A stretch of DNA of 43,951 bases. It comes from Fistulifera solaris. Lineage: Eukaryota. Made by a program: the position numbers and the translations under genes. The notes under the pieces were generated by a model. It saw nothing but the letters and a program-made list of their open reading frames with translations, did no database searches and was not told where the DNA came from. How positions within the stretch are numbered: position 1 is the first letter of the stretch; each line of letters starts with the position of its first letter. The stretch lies in the NCBI GenBank assembly GCA_030295235.1, contig AP026123.1:2666001-2709951 (forward strand). Reading direction: 5' to 3'. Below are positions 11,198 through 22,250 of this stretch, piece by piece.

Positions 11198-14100
11198 ATG
11201 TACAGGTCTGTAACGAATAACGGAAACGGCAACAATCCGAGCCGCGGCGATGATAATTTGTACGTCTACGGACATGCACAATCGACAGAGCAATCTTCTC
11301 CTTATCTTCGACGACCTGTCGCCGCGTACTCCAATTACGAAAGATTGTCAAATCCTTCGCTCTTGGAACCGTTGGGAATCATACCGTCTTCTCGTTATAC
11401 GTACGCATCAAACCCTATTCCGTCTCCGATTTACACTTCTACCGATCCTTTGAAGCAGCAACAACCAGAGCCTTTCATTTACAAGCACAACAAACTCATG
11501 TCGGCTCTTCTTTTACCGACCGGTCTTTTATTATTTTCGAATCAACAATCTACCGCCCCTTCCATCTGTTTTCTATTCATTGCCCTGATTGTTTACGCTC
11601 TTGATCTGATACAGTCACGAGATGGTGTGCTCTGTATCACGTGGTTGGCGGTTCCGGTTCTGTCTCTTGTCAATGGATGGTCGTGGCTTTCCGAAGACTA
11701 CGGCGAAGACAGCACTGGCGTGGCTCTTCTTCAAACGCTGTTTCAAACCGGAGCTGCAGCATGTTTTTGGGCTCTGGTAGCGGCATGGGGAACCCTTCAA
11801 TTTCCCGAATGGCTGACAACATACCCTACTATCGCACGGCAAATGGAAGCTGGTATGCATGGAGCATCACCACTCATCCTTGCTAGCTTTGCAACTCATC
11901 CGAGCATTCGATACGTCGAATCAAATTACGGACCTGATGCAGCCGCCACGTTCGCACCGCACATGTTTGCGGTGTTTGTGTGGTTGGGCATGATAACAGT
12001 CGGCTCCTGTCGGACCAGCTTTCCTACCAAGGACGATGAAGCACACGAGAATACTGGAAAATTACGCAAACCAAATTTTATTGTCACAAGCAACGTGGCT
12101 CTTAGTCACGTGATGGTACTGTTGTTGGCGCCTCCTTCGATGCATTTCATTACATTCTGGCGGAGATTATTGAGCCGAATGGCTGATTTTGATGATTGGT
12201 TTGATTGGTTTTTGGCCTTGGCGATTCCGTACTTGCTCATGATATCCTTGAGTGTTCTGTCGAGGCAGACGGTGATCGATACACCTTATGCTTCTTTGCC
12301 GCTACTGCGACAGTCGAGTGCCCTTCCGCTTGTCGTTCTTTTTCTCTCATCGTTGGCTATACAACAACGATACTTGATTCCTGTGGTTCATGAATTCGCC
12401 TATCACTATACCGGCATCAAACAATCGTCGTGGATGCTGTGTTTCTACTGGACCATGGCGACCGTCACGCTCATTTTGACGACGTGGTTGTGGGGCCGAA
12501 CGTCACAAGGCCAGCCGTTCTTGGGAGAGTATCATGAGGATGTTCTACAGCTCCTTCTTTCGCTGCTCGGGTTGCTTTTAGGAAAGGGTTTGGGTATGCC
12601 CTGGAACTTCGCACCTCTTCCGATCTTGGCATTTCTGGGCCTCAGTTTGTGGCTCTCCACGCGAATGTTGCGGTATCTTGGGATTGTGTTATTTGTCTTT
12701 CTCGCGTCGGCGTTTGTTATTTTCACATATCGTTTCGCCGGGATCGATCACACTTTGATTTTACCATTTCCAATCAAAAGCGTCAGCTTGATTGGGTTTG
12801 GGATGACAGTTGTCGGGTCGTCGGCCTTGATTGGTCTAGTCACCGGTCTCGCAATAAGGGCACCAGGAGGTTTTCTGTCGAATCACCTGAAGCGTTTCGA
12901 TTTGTCTGGTATTTTGTTGGCCGCATACGCACTAGTTTCGATGGAAGTAGAGATAGCATTAATCAAAAGAGAGTCGACATGGGCCAAACTAATCGGAGTA
13001 CACATGACCGAAGACGCCACAGTGAGCGACCACATGTATTCTCCAGAGCTGGCCTATGTTACAAGTTTAGCGACTGTTGGATTGAGTCGCATGATGCTAT
13101 ACTTTGGTATGATCAAGGCTTCCTCGTCTTGGATAGCCATAACATTTGCGATTGGAAAGGCGTTCGCCATCTATATCGATACTGTGCATTCTATGCGGAA
13201 TATGCACCCGTTGAGTCCCACAGACATCCTGTTCGACTCGATCTTGTTTGGAATTTCATTTCTTATCATGGCCGTTCCTCATGTCTTTTTGGTCCCTGTC
13301 CACGTAAAGGCGTCGACAAGGTATCAAAGAAACATATCTGGCGGTCCAATTTTAAAGGCGAAACCCCGAAGAATCATCATTCTTTACGCATGCATCCTAT
13401 TGCCTCTTGCCATAATGCTTGCGGAGTTCGCTGTTATCGAGCCATTGGTTACTATTCTGCGGGAGAGTCATAATAATATGAGCATCGCGGGTTGTGCTGT
13501 GCTTATATTGGGTGCCTGCTTGTGCATGTGGGTGTATCACTGCTCTCCATGCTCAATCATTATTTACCTGATGGAGGAGGAGAGAAGTGGAAAAAAGCTT
13601 CCGGTTTTGTATTCTTACTGGGCGTCATGACTTGTTTTGCTTTTCCCATGTTCAATTCTGTTATGGAAAGAGGACGCTTTCGACCTCTTAATCCCTACAA
13701 GCAGGCAGCGGTTTCGATTATTGGCCGCGATCTCGTGAGACGCACAAGAAATAGGACGGGAGGGTTGGGGGTTTTATTTTCCCTGATTGCGACTTTAATG
13801 GCAGTAGCGGGCCCTTTGGAGTTGAGGGAAAGACGCAGCAGTTCGGGCGCAAAGGACCAGTCGTTGTTAATTCGCACAACAATTTTCAGTCTGCTTTTCG
13901 GCGGTGGCGTTGCGTGGTTTGTGACAGTTCAACTTATGAATGAAGCGGAAGTATTACCGCTAGTGTTCACTACAATATCGTCAATGATGGTTGCATTCCT
14001 TTGCACAATAACTTCTGTCTTGGGCTATTTCATTGAACTTGAAAACTTTGACGACACAGAGCAGTTGGGAAACACTGTTCTAGTATGCTTTGTCGTTTTC

Positions 14101-14679
14101 TTGGCGACAGCAGGTATCCCATCGCTGTTGAAGTTGTCTTCGGGACATTCGTCGCTTGGTTCAAACAACTGGTTGACAACTTATTTGGTCATATGCAGTA
14201 CATTCTCGTTTTTGGTATCGGTCTCGCTTGGACTACGACAGAGCAAGGACATTCGCACACGAGGTTTTGCCAATTGTTTTTGTTTGCTCTCATGGTTCAG
14301 CGTCTTGATCTTGGTGTTGAACACGCTTATCGGGGCACGATTTGACGAAGACAGCGAGTCGAATGCGTTGTTCTTAACAGTTTTCGGAACACTAGCTGCA
14401 ATCTCAGTGCTATTTTTCCTCCAAGGTGAAAGCGCGTCCACAGGAGCCGGTCGCCGGCTAGTAGGCGCCAGCAAGTCGTCGTCTTTCCAACTATCACTAC
14501 CATTGCGCCGAAAGTCACGAACTCAGTTCATGCTTTCGCTGGGAACAGCGTTTGTTTACTTGGTTACTGCGATACACCAAATTTGGGGTAAAGTACCTCT
14601 GGGGCAGTCGTCGGGGCTTTCGTCAGATCATCTTTTGGAGACATTGCGTCAGTCTACTTTCTTGAGTACGAGCAGGTAA
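11198..14679 (+). CDS. Large polytopic membrane protein, NO EXINE FORMATION 1 (NEF1)-like; one frameshift near 13490
   Basis: ORFs 11198-13630 and 13492-14679 give about 1150 aa with many hydrophobic helices. YKHNKLMSALLLP...IVYALDL and VAAWGTLQFPEWLTTYPTIARQME resemble the N-terminal part of plant NEF1. Confidence 0.65.
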
Positions 14680-15027
14680 CAGAAGTACAATGAATCTTAA
14701 ACCTGCTTTGGATTTAGTGATTGGGGCTTACAAAGCTAACAAAAGAGACGGGAATGTCAGCGCATTAACTCTTCTTATGGTTTTGAAAAAACTGTTCATG
14801 ACTGAAGGGCAGTCGCCTATAGTCATTTTTCGTAAAATGATTCGTAAGGCTCCGTAAAATAGACGAAGGCTTTCAAAGCGTGACGATGTCTTTTCTTTTT
14901 CTGTAGATTATCATTTATGAGCGCTAGTCATCTAGTCTATGTTTTTTAGAAGAATATTTATTTGAATATTCGCCTCTAGCCGTGTTATTTCCTTGCTGCT
15001 CGCAGCCCGCAGCTTGCTTTCGTTTCC

Positions 15028-15833
15028 AGCTGGTCCAGAATATCGCCCAAGGTTTTCTGTATGAATGAAATACATCTGGTCCAGAATTTCTGGAATGTCC
15101 CAGATTTTCTGTATGAATGGAATACAGCTGGTCCAGAATGTCTGGACCGCCCTAAGGTTTCTGTATGAATGAAATAATACAACTGCTCCAGAATTTCTGG
15201 ACTGCCTCCGAGTTTCTGTATGAATGAAATATTACGATCGGTCCAGAATTTCTGGACAGCCTTAGATTTTCTCTATGAATGAAATACAATACAATAAAAT
15301 TTCTGGCCAAGCCCAGATTTTTCGTATGAATGAAAAGAAGTGGTCCAGAATTTTTGATCACCCGAGATTTTTTGTATAAATAATGAAATACATCTGGTCC
15401 AGAATTTCTGGACTGCCTCCGAGTTTCTGTATGAATGAAATATTACGATCGGTCCAGAATTTCTGGACCAGCCCAGATTTACTGTATGAATGAAATACAA
15501 CTGGTCCAGAATTTCTGAACGTTCTTAGATTTTCTGTATGAGTGAAATACAACTGGTTCAGAATTTCTGGACCAGCCCAGATTTACTGTACAAATGAAAT
15601 ACAACTGGTCCAGAATTTCTGAACGTTCTTAGATTTTCTGTATGAGTGAAATACAACAGGTCCAGAATTTCTGGACCATCCCAGATTTTCTGTATGAGTG
15701 AAATACAACTGGTCCAGAATTTCGGGACTATCCCACATTTTCTGTATGAATGAAATACAGCTGGTTCAGAATTTCTGGAACAGCCCAGATTTTCTGTTTG
15801 AATGAAATAAAGCTGGTCCAGAATTTCTGGACC
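15028..15833. repeat. Minisatellite, about 15-16 units of ~52 bp, each containing a 21-bp palindrome
   Basis: Consensus is roughly TTTTCTGTATGAATGAAATACAAC-TGGTCCAGAATTTCTGGACCA-GCCCAGA. TGGTCCAGAA-T-TTCTGGACCA is a perfect inverted repeat. Confidence 0.95.
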
Positions 15834-15978
15834 ACGGACCACCACAGCAACACTCCGCCGTCTGAACTGCGTGCCCGCCCGCTGCTTCGACTTCACGCTT
15901 TCACACATTTTTTCGCTTTCCCTTTTCTCTTTGACAACTCTTCCGTGCGATCCAAGTGAACAACTAAAAACGTCAAAA

Positions 15979-18228
15979 ATGAGGATTATTCTGCTTTACT
16001 TCACATGGATATTTCCGTTGTATCACTGTTTTGTGATCCGCAGCAACAGCTATGATTTTCGACAACAAACGCCGCTGATAGTAACAACGTCGGCTACAAG
16101 TCCTTGTCGTCGTCTCTCGATGACTAGTTCAAGCGTAACAACCGCCAAGAAACAGCGTCCCCGTCGCAAACCTGCCGCTAAAAATGGCAAGTCTACAACA
16201 ACGAACAAGCAGTTAAAAACTTGGAGAGTATTTGGCGTCGAAGTCCATCCTGATCGTCTAGCAGACATTCAAATCGATCATCGCAAAAGCACCCCAGACA
16301 TTCCTCTTGCAGTCAGTCAGCAATACGTCAACGACGCCGTTTTAGAGTCGTTACTGATGAAGTTTTCGAAAAGAATGTTAGCAACTCTACAAGTACAGCT
16401 GACACATCTCCAGCTGTTCTTCTGGAGCAAATGGGTATCGACAATGTGCGGGTCGTTCGAAGATCTCTAGATGCACGAGACAAACGACGCGTCGACGGAG
16501 GTCACGGTCCTCGCTTCGTCTATGTATTAGATTTTGATGTTTTACCGGGCAGTAAGTTGCAGCTCAAGGAGCAATTGGGTCGAATGGAGTGTCTGACGTC
16601 AAAAACGAATGATGCCAAGTTGACAAGCCACAATCAAGCTTCTTCTTCTTCTAGCGATTTATCAAAAAAGCGAGTCATTATAGTAGGAGCAGGACCAGCC
16701 GGACTCTTTTGTGCACTGCAATTGGCCCGCGCCGGAGTTCACGTCACAGTATTGGAGCGCGGACAACCGGTCGAATCCAGAGGCAAGGATATTGGTGCCT
16801 TGATACACCGACGTTCGTTGGATGCGGAATCCAATTTTTGTTTCGGAGAGGGAGGAGCGGGAACATGGAGTGATGGAAAACTCACTACACGGATTGGTCG
16901 GAACTCGGATGCTGTGCGCCTTGTTTTAGAGACGTTCGTTGAATATGGTGCACCAGAGAAAATACTGGTGGAAGGAGCACCACACTTGGGGACCGATAAT
17001 TTGGTGCGACTATTGCGAAATATGCGACTGGATTTACGTCGTTTAGGAGCGGATATTCGATTCGGAACGAAAGTGACTAAATTGGTTGTTGAAGATGAGA
17101 CGACTAAAGGTGTTGAATTCGTGACACAAGAAGCAACGGAGCGCAGTGTCGATGGCAAAGCTGTTACATCCAATGGAGGAGAACACGGGCAATTTTTTGG
17201 AGACGCTGTTGTACTTGCAACAGGGCATTCAGCCCGGGATATTTACGAGCAGTTACATGCTAGTGGGGTCAAATTGGAACCCAAGGGATTCGCTGTAGGA
17301 TTTCGAATCGAGCATCCTCAAACGGTAATAAATGAAATCCAATACGGACAAGAATGGGGTCCTACAGTTGTGACCGGTAAAAAGATCACGGATGAAGTCA
17401 ATCAGAAATACTTCGATAAAACTTTTCCTCCTTCACATGAGCGAATATCACACCAGGGGAACTTGCCTGTTCCTTCCTACCAGCTTGCAACTGACGAAGG
17501 CTTCGATGGAATCCAAGAACGAGGAGTTTATTCGTTTTGTATGTGCCCTGGTGGCCAAATCATTGCAGCGTCGACCGATCCGGATGAGCTTTGTGTGAAT
17601 GGCATGAGCTTTAGCCGTAGAGACTCGATTTGGGCGAACAGTGCTCTCGTAGTCACCGTCGCTAGCAACGATACAATTCTGGACCCGTATCGAGAAGAAC
17701 ACGGTGTTTTAGCCGGCGTTGCGTTTCAAAGAGACATGGAGCGGCGTGCATCTGTTATGGGCGGTGGAAATTTGACTGTTCCGGTCCAGCGCGTCACAGA
17801 CTTTCTCGCAGGTCGACCATCGACCTCAGCTCCGTCCTCCTCGTATCGCCTTGGTGTCAAGCCAGCGGCTTGTCATGAAATCTATCCGCAGCCACTTGTG
17901 TCAGCTCTTCGCTATGCGCTTACACAACATTTTGAGAAGAATATGCCTGGCTATATATGTGAAGATGCTCTTTTGCACGCCGTTGAGACTCGAACGTCAA
18001 GTCCAGTTCGTATTTCACGAGATGACGAGACGCTGCAGGCCATCGGCACAGAAGGTCTCTTCCGGTTGGTGAAGGAGCTGGTACGTAAAGCAATTTTTAC
18101 AAATATCACTTTGAAAATGGCCCTTTCCTTACTTTCAAACCACAGGTTTTGCTGGAGGAATAGTCAGCGCCGCTGTCGATGGACTTGTGGTGGCGACTGC
18201 ATTACAAACGAAGCTGTCCGGAGCCTGA
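15979..18228 (+). CDS. FAD-dependent NAD(P) oxidoreductase (COG2509-type), probably plastid-targeted
   Basis: Signal peptide MRIILLYFTWIFPLYHC|FVI, Rossmann motif IIVGAGPAGLF, FGEGGAGTWSDGKL, YSFCMCPGG, VNGMS and ETRTSSPVRI. Intron 18081-18145 restores GEGAG|FAGGIVSAAVDG. Frameshifts near 16360 and 18060. Confidence 0.88.
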
Positions 18229-18387
18229 ATGTGAGCGTATTACAGAGATACTGTTCCAGTAATCGATGTAGATGATCAATAATTTTTGCCGAGGGGCTTT
18301 CGAAGGGTACGTTATGAATGCTTCATAACAATTTCGGCTGTGAGACCCAAGAAATGCCGAGAGCGAATTGATAGTTTCGAATGCCAC

Positions 18388-18623
18388 CTACATCGATATA
18401 ATTCCTACGGGGCATACGTAAAAATCACGTAGACCTTCGAAACGTTTAATGTCTCAGTCATTGCACCTATTGAGCTCTTATTGATATAGTTTATTGCTGA
18501 TTGCTACGCACATCTCATATTGGTTACTACGGTGTATAATGAAAGTGACATTGGTGTAGTAACGACCAAGGCAATGATAACGACCTGCGGGAAATGGAGT
18601 GTGGCCAAAAATCCGAGTTTTGC
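18388..18623 (+). repeat. ~220-bp dispersed repeat, degenerate copy
   Basis: Starts CTACATCGATATAATTCCTACGGGGCATACGTAAA and has a degenerate end motif CCAAAAATCCGAGTTTTGC about 235 bp later. Confidence 0.65.
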
Positions 18624-18836
18624 GTTCTTCTAACGTCCGATGTGTGAAACGTCCTCTGATCGTTGTCAATCCTTTCTCTTAGATTAATGGGTACCGTACA
18701 GACGTCAAGCCGCAGAGTCATAAACCGAACCGTGACCCTTTTCTATCCCCTGACCATGACGACATGATGATTATTTTTCATTGCCTTCCTTTTAATGGAT
18801 ACAAGTTAATCACTAAGACTTGCGTCCTTTCTAATA

Positions 18837-20614
18837 ATGAGACGATTTTTTATTCGTCTGATCGCTGCAGGCTGCTTGTTAAGCGCGAAAGCACAGCAAT
18901 GCGACAATCGCGGAATTTGTGACACGCATGAACGATGCCCTGTGTGGCAAGAAGAGGGCCTGTGCGAGAAGGAAAAAGATTATATGACGCGCCACTGTCC
19001 TGTCAGCTGCAAAATGAAACATGCAAAAGCGAATGCTGCAGCTGCCTGTGCCGATGCTCATCTTCGTTGCAAAGTATGGGCCGACCTGGGCGAATGCGAG
19101 GTCAATCGCAACATGAAAAAGTACTGCGCAAAGTCATGCGATTTGTGCGATGAATCTGCCCCCGGAATGGCTCTCGAAGAAGAGGAAGATCCTGACTGTG
19201 TCGATGATCATACCAACTGCGAGTTCTGGGCTGAAAAGGGTGAATGCACGGCAAATCCGACTTATATGCTTGCCAATTGCAAGAAGAGCTGCGGATCCTG
19301 TGTCAAAGTCGCTAAAAAAGAGAGCGCTACTCGTGTGCTGCACGGAGATGATGCGATTTTGGAGGAGTCGACAAAGTACGGCGTGAAACAGCGTGCGGAG
19401 GGTGACAGGAGAGTTGAAACAATCGCTCGTTTAGAAGAGGCCCTGAACTATATGGAAAGCGAGCAAGTCACTCATTTGCCAGCGAAGCTGAGAGAAACTT
19501 GTAAAAATCGACACGAACTCTGCTCGTTTTGGGCTGTCATTGGAGAGTGCCAGAACAACGCTGCTTATATGGCTACAAACTGTGCTGTCGTTTGCATGAG
19601 TTGTCATTTGATTGACTTTGAAACGCGTTGTCCTCCTTTGCCAGATGCCATCCCTGCCCTTTTGCCTGGTGATATGAATAAGATGTTCGAAAGAATTGTT
19701 GCAACAGCACCTGGAAACCGAACATTGACTGATGCCGAACGGAAAGAGTTGGCTGCCGACAATATGACGGAATACACAGTAACGGTTCATTCGAGGCCGA
19801 GTGATGAGCCATCGACGGAGATTAGTGTAGTAGTCGACAAATCGCTTCCTCCGTGGGTTATTACATTCGACAACTTTTTGCTTCCGGAAGAATGTGACGC
19901 TTTGATTGCACTTGGTTATAAATACGAGTACAAGAGATCACAGGATGTCGGTGCAGCGAAATTCGATGGGAGTCATGAAGGTGTTCAGAGCACGCGACGA
20001 ACTTCGGAAAATGCCTGGTGTTCTGACCATCACGGATGTCGAAAAGAAGAATTGGCGGTAAAGATTCATGAACGAATGTCCAAGGTTATGGGTATTCCTC
20101 CGGAGAATAGTGAAGACCTACAAATGCTGAAGTACGAAAAGGGTCAATTTTATAGGAGTAAGATCGTGCGATCCTGAACAAGCGATATATCGACTTGGTA
20201 CGACGCTCACTTTGTATTTCATCCATTGCACAGCCCATCATGATTACATTCCTCATCAAAAGGATAGACAATGCGGGCCTCGAATATTGACGTTTTTCCT
20301 TTATCTGTCTGATGTGGAAGAGGGTACGTGTCATTGTGCGATGAATGACATCTTCTAAAATACGCGTTAATTGATAATTCGCTGACATTTGAATCGCAGG
20401 CGGGGGAACAAACTTTCCACAACTGAATATTACGGTCATGCCGAAGAAAGGGCGTGCTTTACTTTGGCCAAGTACTCTTAATGCGGACCCTATGGTGAAA
20501 GATGGTCGTACCTCTCATCAGGCTATGGATGTGATTGAGGGAACAAAGTTTGCCACTAATGGATGGGTACATATGTACGACTATGTAACGCCGCAAAAGA
20601 AAGGTTGCAACTAA
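18837..20614 (+). CDS. Secretory-pathway prolyl 4-hydroxylase with four ShKT domains
   Basis: Signal peptide and four ShKT repeats (C-D-H--C--W---G-C). The P4Hc domain is restored by introns 20158-20233 and 20324-20399: HHD...RILTFFLYLSDVEEGGGTNFP...H...K. Stop TAA at 20612-20614. Confidence 0.93.
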
Positions 20615-20704
20615 AGAGATTAATGTTAATGTAGTTGCGGAATCATTACTATAAACAAGCAGATTTCTTCTCCGTGGGATTCTATTCTTTTTCTGTGAGG
20701 GGGC

Positions 20705-21785
20705 TCAGTCTTCCGCGTCGTCAATAAACGTCGGACCGAAATGCAAATCGGCGTTTTCGGAGTCACCGTCCGGAAGACTTGACGCACCCAAGTTGTATAA
20801 AAGCGCCTCACGCCACTGCCGGTCATTCGTTACAGAAAGCGCGTCGTCATCAAAAAGATTATTCTCAGGTTCGCTCGTCTTCTGTCGTTTTTTCGCTGGT
20901 TGTTCTCCCATTATCTCTTCATCCGAGATCTCGTTAAATCGTCTCCTACCGCTTTCAATCACATTAGTAACGATTCTCATTGTAGAAGTCATAGTTATGG
21001 ATCCTTGCTTACGTGGAAGTTGGAAGGAAGCAAAAAGTCCCCAACAATTCTCAAGTAGAAAGCCCCAATTTCCATTGGGTGATCGTTGCACCACATACGT
21101 CGGCAAGTCTCTTCCTGCTACGTTCAGGCGTAGATAAGTTCCATGGATCCCTTTAGGTAAATCTAAAGGCGACGTTATAAATTTCCAGCGAACTTCAAGA
21201 CCTCCGGAATGAGAATCGAAAAAAGGATCCATGAATTGAATCGAAGATGATACTGCATCGTCAACTTTCTTTTGATGCATGATGACTTGCTTCACAACCC
21301 CACAAGGAAGAAAAAATAAGCTGCCGAGCATCTTCGCCGGCATACCACGGGTCTGGTAGGGTCCATTCGGGTCCTGCTGCTTCTTTGAATCGAAAGTTCC
21401 AGATCGTTCCGGTGTGACTGTGAACATCATAACATAGCTCTTCGAGTCGAATGGAACGTCGTAAACGAGCGTCTTCACAAGATTGAAGATACGCGTGCAT
21501 TGCCGAGACTTGATAAGCAGGTGAGCCATGATGCGTGTCTCGAAGCGTCACTGCACGCGAATCGACGTGCACTTTGCGAGCCCAAAGCTCTTCGCATCGT
21601 TGAGACCATCCAATTTTGTTCAAACTGAAGAGAAAACAAAATCTTCGATTCAGTTGACGACAATCTGACAGCGAGTGAACGTCAAGAAAGGAGCCTATGA
21701 GGCATAGGATCTCCTCTGGCATGCTCGAAAGGGAAAGAAAAGTCAATTCTCGAAAGACATTGTCGCTCTCAAGACGGTTGCTCAT
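20705..21785 (-). CDS. F-box protein (one frameshift near 21310)
   Basis: N-terminal F-box LSSMPEEILCLIGSFLDVHSLSDCRQLNRRF. It continues through WNFRFKEAAGPEW into the other frame, ...PTYVVQRSPNGNWGFLLENCW. Confidence 0.8.
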
Positions 21786-22250
21786 GGTCGAAAAACAAGA
21801 GGCCTTCGTTTGCGATGCGTTTCAGCGATGCAGAAGAGTTGCGTGATTTGTTCTCTCCGCAAAATTGTGACGAGAGGAGCTCAGCTCTTGCCTCGTCGAA
21901 GGAAAATGAAAACAAATTGGTGAAAACAGATCTCATGGACAGGTTTCTTTTATGAAGCACGAAAGAAAAGTTTTCGACAAGGTTTTTTTTCACGGTTCGC
22001 GCGCGCCTTGGAGAAAACGGGGTTCGTTACCGCAATGACATTCATCGTTACAAGGGTTACAAGTAGAAAACGAAAATTTGTGTACAACGTACAACATGTT
22101 TGGCGTTCATGACTAAAAATCCAGTCGTGGACACTACGATATTACGCGTTGTTATAAACTAATTACACCGTGGGAGCTAAAAAGAAGTAACTTTGATCTT
22201 AGATCTCTGATCGTTAAAAAGATATACTATTACAATTGCCTGCTACGCTC

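Noticed and set aside
12649..13473. 274-aa overlapping ORF inside the NEF1-like gene, and similar antisense ORFs elsewhere
   Set aside because: These are alternative-frame shadows of well-supported genes with no domain signal.
15028..15833. CRISPR array (regularly spaced palindromic repeats)
   Set aside because: The intervening ~31-bp segments are near-identical rather than unique spacers, no cas genes are present and the context is eukaryotic.
14985..15959. Short repetitive ORFs over the minisatellite
   Set aside because: They are by-products of the 52-bp repeat; the unit is not a multiple of 3 and no frame is maintained.
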